Assembly (NCBI GenBank): GCA_965250005.1
Contig: OZ252279.1
Location: 450,001 to 482,000 of the forward strand
Direction: 5' to 3'
Source: Demequinaceae bacterium
GTDB lineage: Bacteria > Actinomycetota > Actinomycetes > Actinomycetales > Demequinaceae
DNA length: 32,000 nt
A program made the position numbers and the translations under genes. The notes under the pieces are model-generated. The model did not search any database. It had not been told where the DNA came from and worked only from the letters and a program-made list of their open reading frames with translations. Below, piece after piece: positions 29,279-32,000 of the stretch (the stretch's first letter is position 1; the number at the start of each line of letters is the position of its first letter).

Positions 29279-32000
29279 TCAGCGGGTGTCGTCGCCTCCG
29301 GTGACCACGGCAGCGCGCCCGGCCTCGAGGCGCGCCACGGGAATCCTGAACGGCGAGCATGACACGTAGTCCAGGTCAACCTCGTGAAAGAAGTGAATCG
29401 ACTCGGGGTCGCCACCGTGTTCGCCGCACACCCCTAACTTGATGTCGGGCCGCGTCGCGCGACCCTTTTCGACGGCAATCTGCACCAGCCGGCCCACGCC
29501 CAACGCATCTACGGACTCGAACGGCGAGACGCTGAACACCCCATGCTCCGTGTACTGGTGGAAAAACGCCCCCTCGACGTCGTCGCGAGAGAAGCCCCAC
29601 GTGGTCTGGGTGAGGTCGTTGGTGCCGAACGAGAAGAACTCGGCGACCTCCGCGATCCGGTCTGCGGTGAGCGCGGCACGCGGGAGCTCGATCATCGCCC
29701 CGACAGGAATGTCCAGTTCGACCTTCTGCTCCTTGGCGACATCGGCAAGCACCTTCGTGGCCTCGTCCTTGACTAGATGAATCTCCATGACAGACGCCGC
29801 AAGCGGAATCATGATTTCGGCCTTTGGCGTGCCCCCTGCCTTAATGCGGGCCGCGTGCGCTTCCGCGATGGCACGCATCTGCAGGGTGAACAAGCCCGGG
29901 ATAACGATCCCGAGCCGGACTCCGCGCAGGCCCAACATGGGGTTGGCCTCATGCATGCGCTCAACGGCGGCCAACAGCAACTTGTCGCGCTCCACATCTT
30001 TGCCTTCTTCGCCGCGCTCGGCGGCGAGGGCCACTTTGACGGAAAGCTCGGTCAAGTCGGGCAGGAACTCGTGAAGTGGCGGGTCGATTAGCCGAATGGT
30101 AACGGGGAAGCCGTCCATCTCTTCGAGCAGGTCGACGAAGTCTTCACGCTGGAGCGGCAGGAGCGCATCCAGGGCCGCTTGCTGCTCGGCTTCTTCCGTT
30201 GCGAGGATGAGTCGCTCAATGAGCAACCGCCTGTCGCCAAGGAACATGTGCTCAGTGCGGCACAACCCGATTCCGGTCGCGCCCCATACGCGCGCCCTCT
30301 TGGCGTCCGCCGCCGTGTCGGCGTTTGCGTATACGCCCAACGTGCGAGCTTCGTCAGCGTGCGCGAGGAGTGTATCGACCGCGACAACCAACTCGCGGGC
30401 GTCCTCGTCGTCGGCTGCCAGTTCGGACAGCGCGACCTCCAGTCCTTCCTCGAGGTAGCGGACCACGGGGGAGGGGACCACCGGCACGCTGCCCAAGAAT
30501 ATCTCGCCCGTCGCTCCGTCAATGGCAATGATTTCTCCCTCACCAACCTTCTTACCGCCCGCGGTGAACTTCTTCGCGCGGACGTCGACATCTAGCTCCT
30601 CGGCACCCACGACACACGTGGTGCCCATTCCGCGCGCCACCACTGCGGCGTGTGACGTCTTGCCGCCGCGCGAGGTCAGCACACCGACGGACGCGATCAT
30701 CCCGCCCAAGTCGTCCGGATTGGTCTCTCGCCGGACCAGGATGACGTCCTTGCCCTTTTCGGCCCACTCCTCGGCGGTCGCAGACGAGAACACGGCTGCA
30801 CCAACGGCGGCGCCAGGTGAAGCCGACATCCCGGTCGCGAGTAGCGTGCGCTTCGCGTTGGGGTCGAACTGCGGGAACATTAGCTTGGTCAGTTGTTCGC
30901 CAGTGACGCGTTCGAGCGCCTCGTCCTTGGTGATGATGTGCTCGTCAACCAACTGGTTCGCGATACGAAATGCTGCTGCCGCCGTTCGCTTGCCGATGCG
31001 AGTCTGGAGCATCCAGAGTTTGCCGCGTTCAACGGTGAATTCGATGTCGCACAGGTCACGGTAATGATTCTCCAATCGGCGCATGGCCAGGCGGAGCTCG
31101 GCGAACGATTCGGGGTCGAGCTTCTCAAAGTCAGCGAGCGAAAGCGTGTTGCGGATGCCCGCGACGACGTCCTCGCCCTGGGCGTTTTGCAGGTAGTCCC
31201 CGTAGTCGCCGGTCATGCCTGTTGCCGGGTCACGCGTGAAGCAGACGCCAGTGCCAGAGTCTTCGCCTAGGTTTCCGAATACCATTGCGACCACGTTGAC
31301 TGCCGTGCCCAGATCATCCGAGATTCGTTCACGCCTGCGGTACAGGCGCGCGCGATCGGTGTTCCACGAGTTGAATACCGCCTCGATGGCAAGGTCCAGC
31401 TGCTCCCGGGGGTGCTGCGGGAACTCCCTGCCCGACTTGTCGAGGACGATTGCCTTAAACTCCGCGACCAGTTCGCGCAGGTCAGTGGCGGGCAACTCGG
31501 TGTCCGCCTTGACCTTGCGCGCCTTCTTCTTGGCGTCGAGCGCACCGCTGAAAAGATCGGCGTCAATGTCCAGGACTGTCTTGCCGAACATCTGGATCAG
31601 GCGCCGGTACGAATCCCACGCGAAGCGGTCGTCACCAGCGAACTCCGCCAGGCCCTCGACGGAGGCATCGTTGAGGCCCACATTGAGCACAGTTTCCATC
31701 ATGCCGGGCATCGAAAACTTGGCGCCCGATCGGACAGAGACGAGCAAGGGATCTCTGAAATCCCCGAGGCCGCGACTTAGGTCGTCCTCGAGTTGGCGAA
31801 CAGCCATGGTGACCTGCACACGCAACTCCGGCGGCAGGTTAGAGGTTTGCATGTACACACGACACGCGTCCGTCGCGATGGTGAAGCCCGGTGGAACGGG
31901 CAACCCCAGGTTGGTCATCTCGGCGAGATTCGCGCCCTTGCCACCGAGAAGGTCTTTGAGGTCCTTGCTGCCCTCGCTGAACTCATACACGTACTTGACC
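29279..32000 (-). CDS. ppdK: Pyruvate, phosphate dikinase (truncated by right window edge)
   Basis: VYEFSEGSKDLKDLLGGKGANLAEMTNLGLPVPPGF, GGKTSHAAVVARGMGTTCVVG, GIGLCRTEHMF, FSFGTNDLTQTTWGFSRDD, LGVCGEHGGDP. Codons upstream of GTG 31990 read VKY, so the true start lies beyond the window. Confidence 0.96.
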   Translation of the reverse strand, partial: VKYVYEFSEGSKDLKDLLGGKGANLAEMTNLGLPVPPGFTIATDACRVYMQTSNLPPELRVQVTMAVRQLEDDLSRGLGDFRDPLLVSVRSGAKFSMPGMMETVLNVGLNDASVEGLAEFAGDDRFAWDSYRRLIQMFGKTVLDIDADLFSGALDAKKKARKVKADTELPATDLRELVAEFKAIVLDKSGREFPQHPREQLDLAIEAVFNSWNTDRARLYRRRERISDDLGTAVNVVAMVFGNLGEDSGTGVCFTRDPATGMTGDYGDYLQNAQGEDVVAGIRNTLSLADFEKLDPESFAELRLAMRRLENHYRDLCDIEFTVERGKLWMLQTRIGKRTAAAAFRIANQLVDEHIITKDEALERVTGEQLTKLMFPQFDPNAKRTLLATGMSASPGAAVGAAVFSSATAEEWAEKGKDVILVRRETNPDDLGGMIASVGVLTSRGGKTSHAAVVARGMGTTCVVGAEELDVDVRAKKFTAGGKKVGEGEIIAIDGATGEIFLGSVPVVPSPVVRYLEEGLEVALSELAADDEDARELVVAVDTLLAHADEARTLGVYANADTAADAKRARVWGATGIGLCRTEHMFLGDRRLLIERLILATEEAEQQAALDALLPLQREDFVDLLEEMDGFPVTIRLIDPPLHEFLPDLTELSVKVALAAERGEEGKDVERDKLLLAAVERMHEANPMLGLRGVRLGIVIPGLFTLQMRAIAEAHAARIKAGGTPKAEIMIPLAASVMEIHLVKDEATKVLADVAKEQKVELDIPVGAMIELPRAALTADRIAEVAEFFSFGTNDLTQTTWGFSRDDVEGAFFHQYTEHGVFSVSPFESVDALGVGRLVQIAVEKGRATRPDIKLGVCGEHGGDPESIHFFHEVDLDYVSCSPFRIPVARLEAGRAAVVTGGDDTR

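Overview
High-GC actinobacterial chromosomal segment (taxonomic call is inference from gene order and codon usage). Nearly everything is housekeeping. In order: 3' part of rapZ, whiA, the glycolytic block gap-pgk-tpiA-secG-rbpA, a disrupted SelT/SelW/SelH (Rdx)-like gene, the minus-strand pentose-phosphate operon tkt-pgi-zwf-opcA-pgl, ctaB, xerD, then a tightly coupled operon parA-scpA-scpB-rluB-aroH-tyrA-cmk-plsC-der. This is followed by two small membrane-protein genes, a DUF1801 gene, tRNA-Pro(GGG), and a more variable stretch: SnoaL-like, alpha/beta hydrolase-OsmC fusion, CueP lipoprotein, tdk, atypical SDR. The window closes with pit, a small membrane protein and ppdK, which runs off the right edge. 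I found no defence system, CRISPR array, transposon, prophage or biosynthetic cluster, and I do not think the window contains a novel multi-gene system. The items most worth a second look are: (i) a GTGA-coupled Rdx-family gene broken by an apparent 1-nt loss immediately before its CxxC motif; (ii) a short-chain dehydrogenase missing the glycine-rich nucleotide-binding segment; (iii) a small membrane-protein gene with a possible 1-nt lesion near its start; (iv) a strong 37-nt hairpin between gap and pgk; (v) a near-identical 26-nt terminator-type element after two consecutive membrane-protein genes; (vi) absence of yvcK between rapZ and whiA, and of tal between tkt and pgi. The small lesions could be real or assembly errors.
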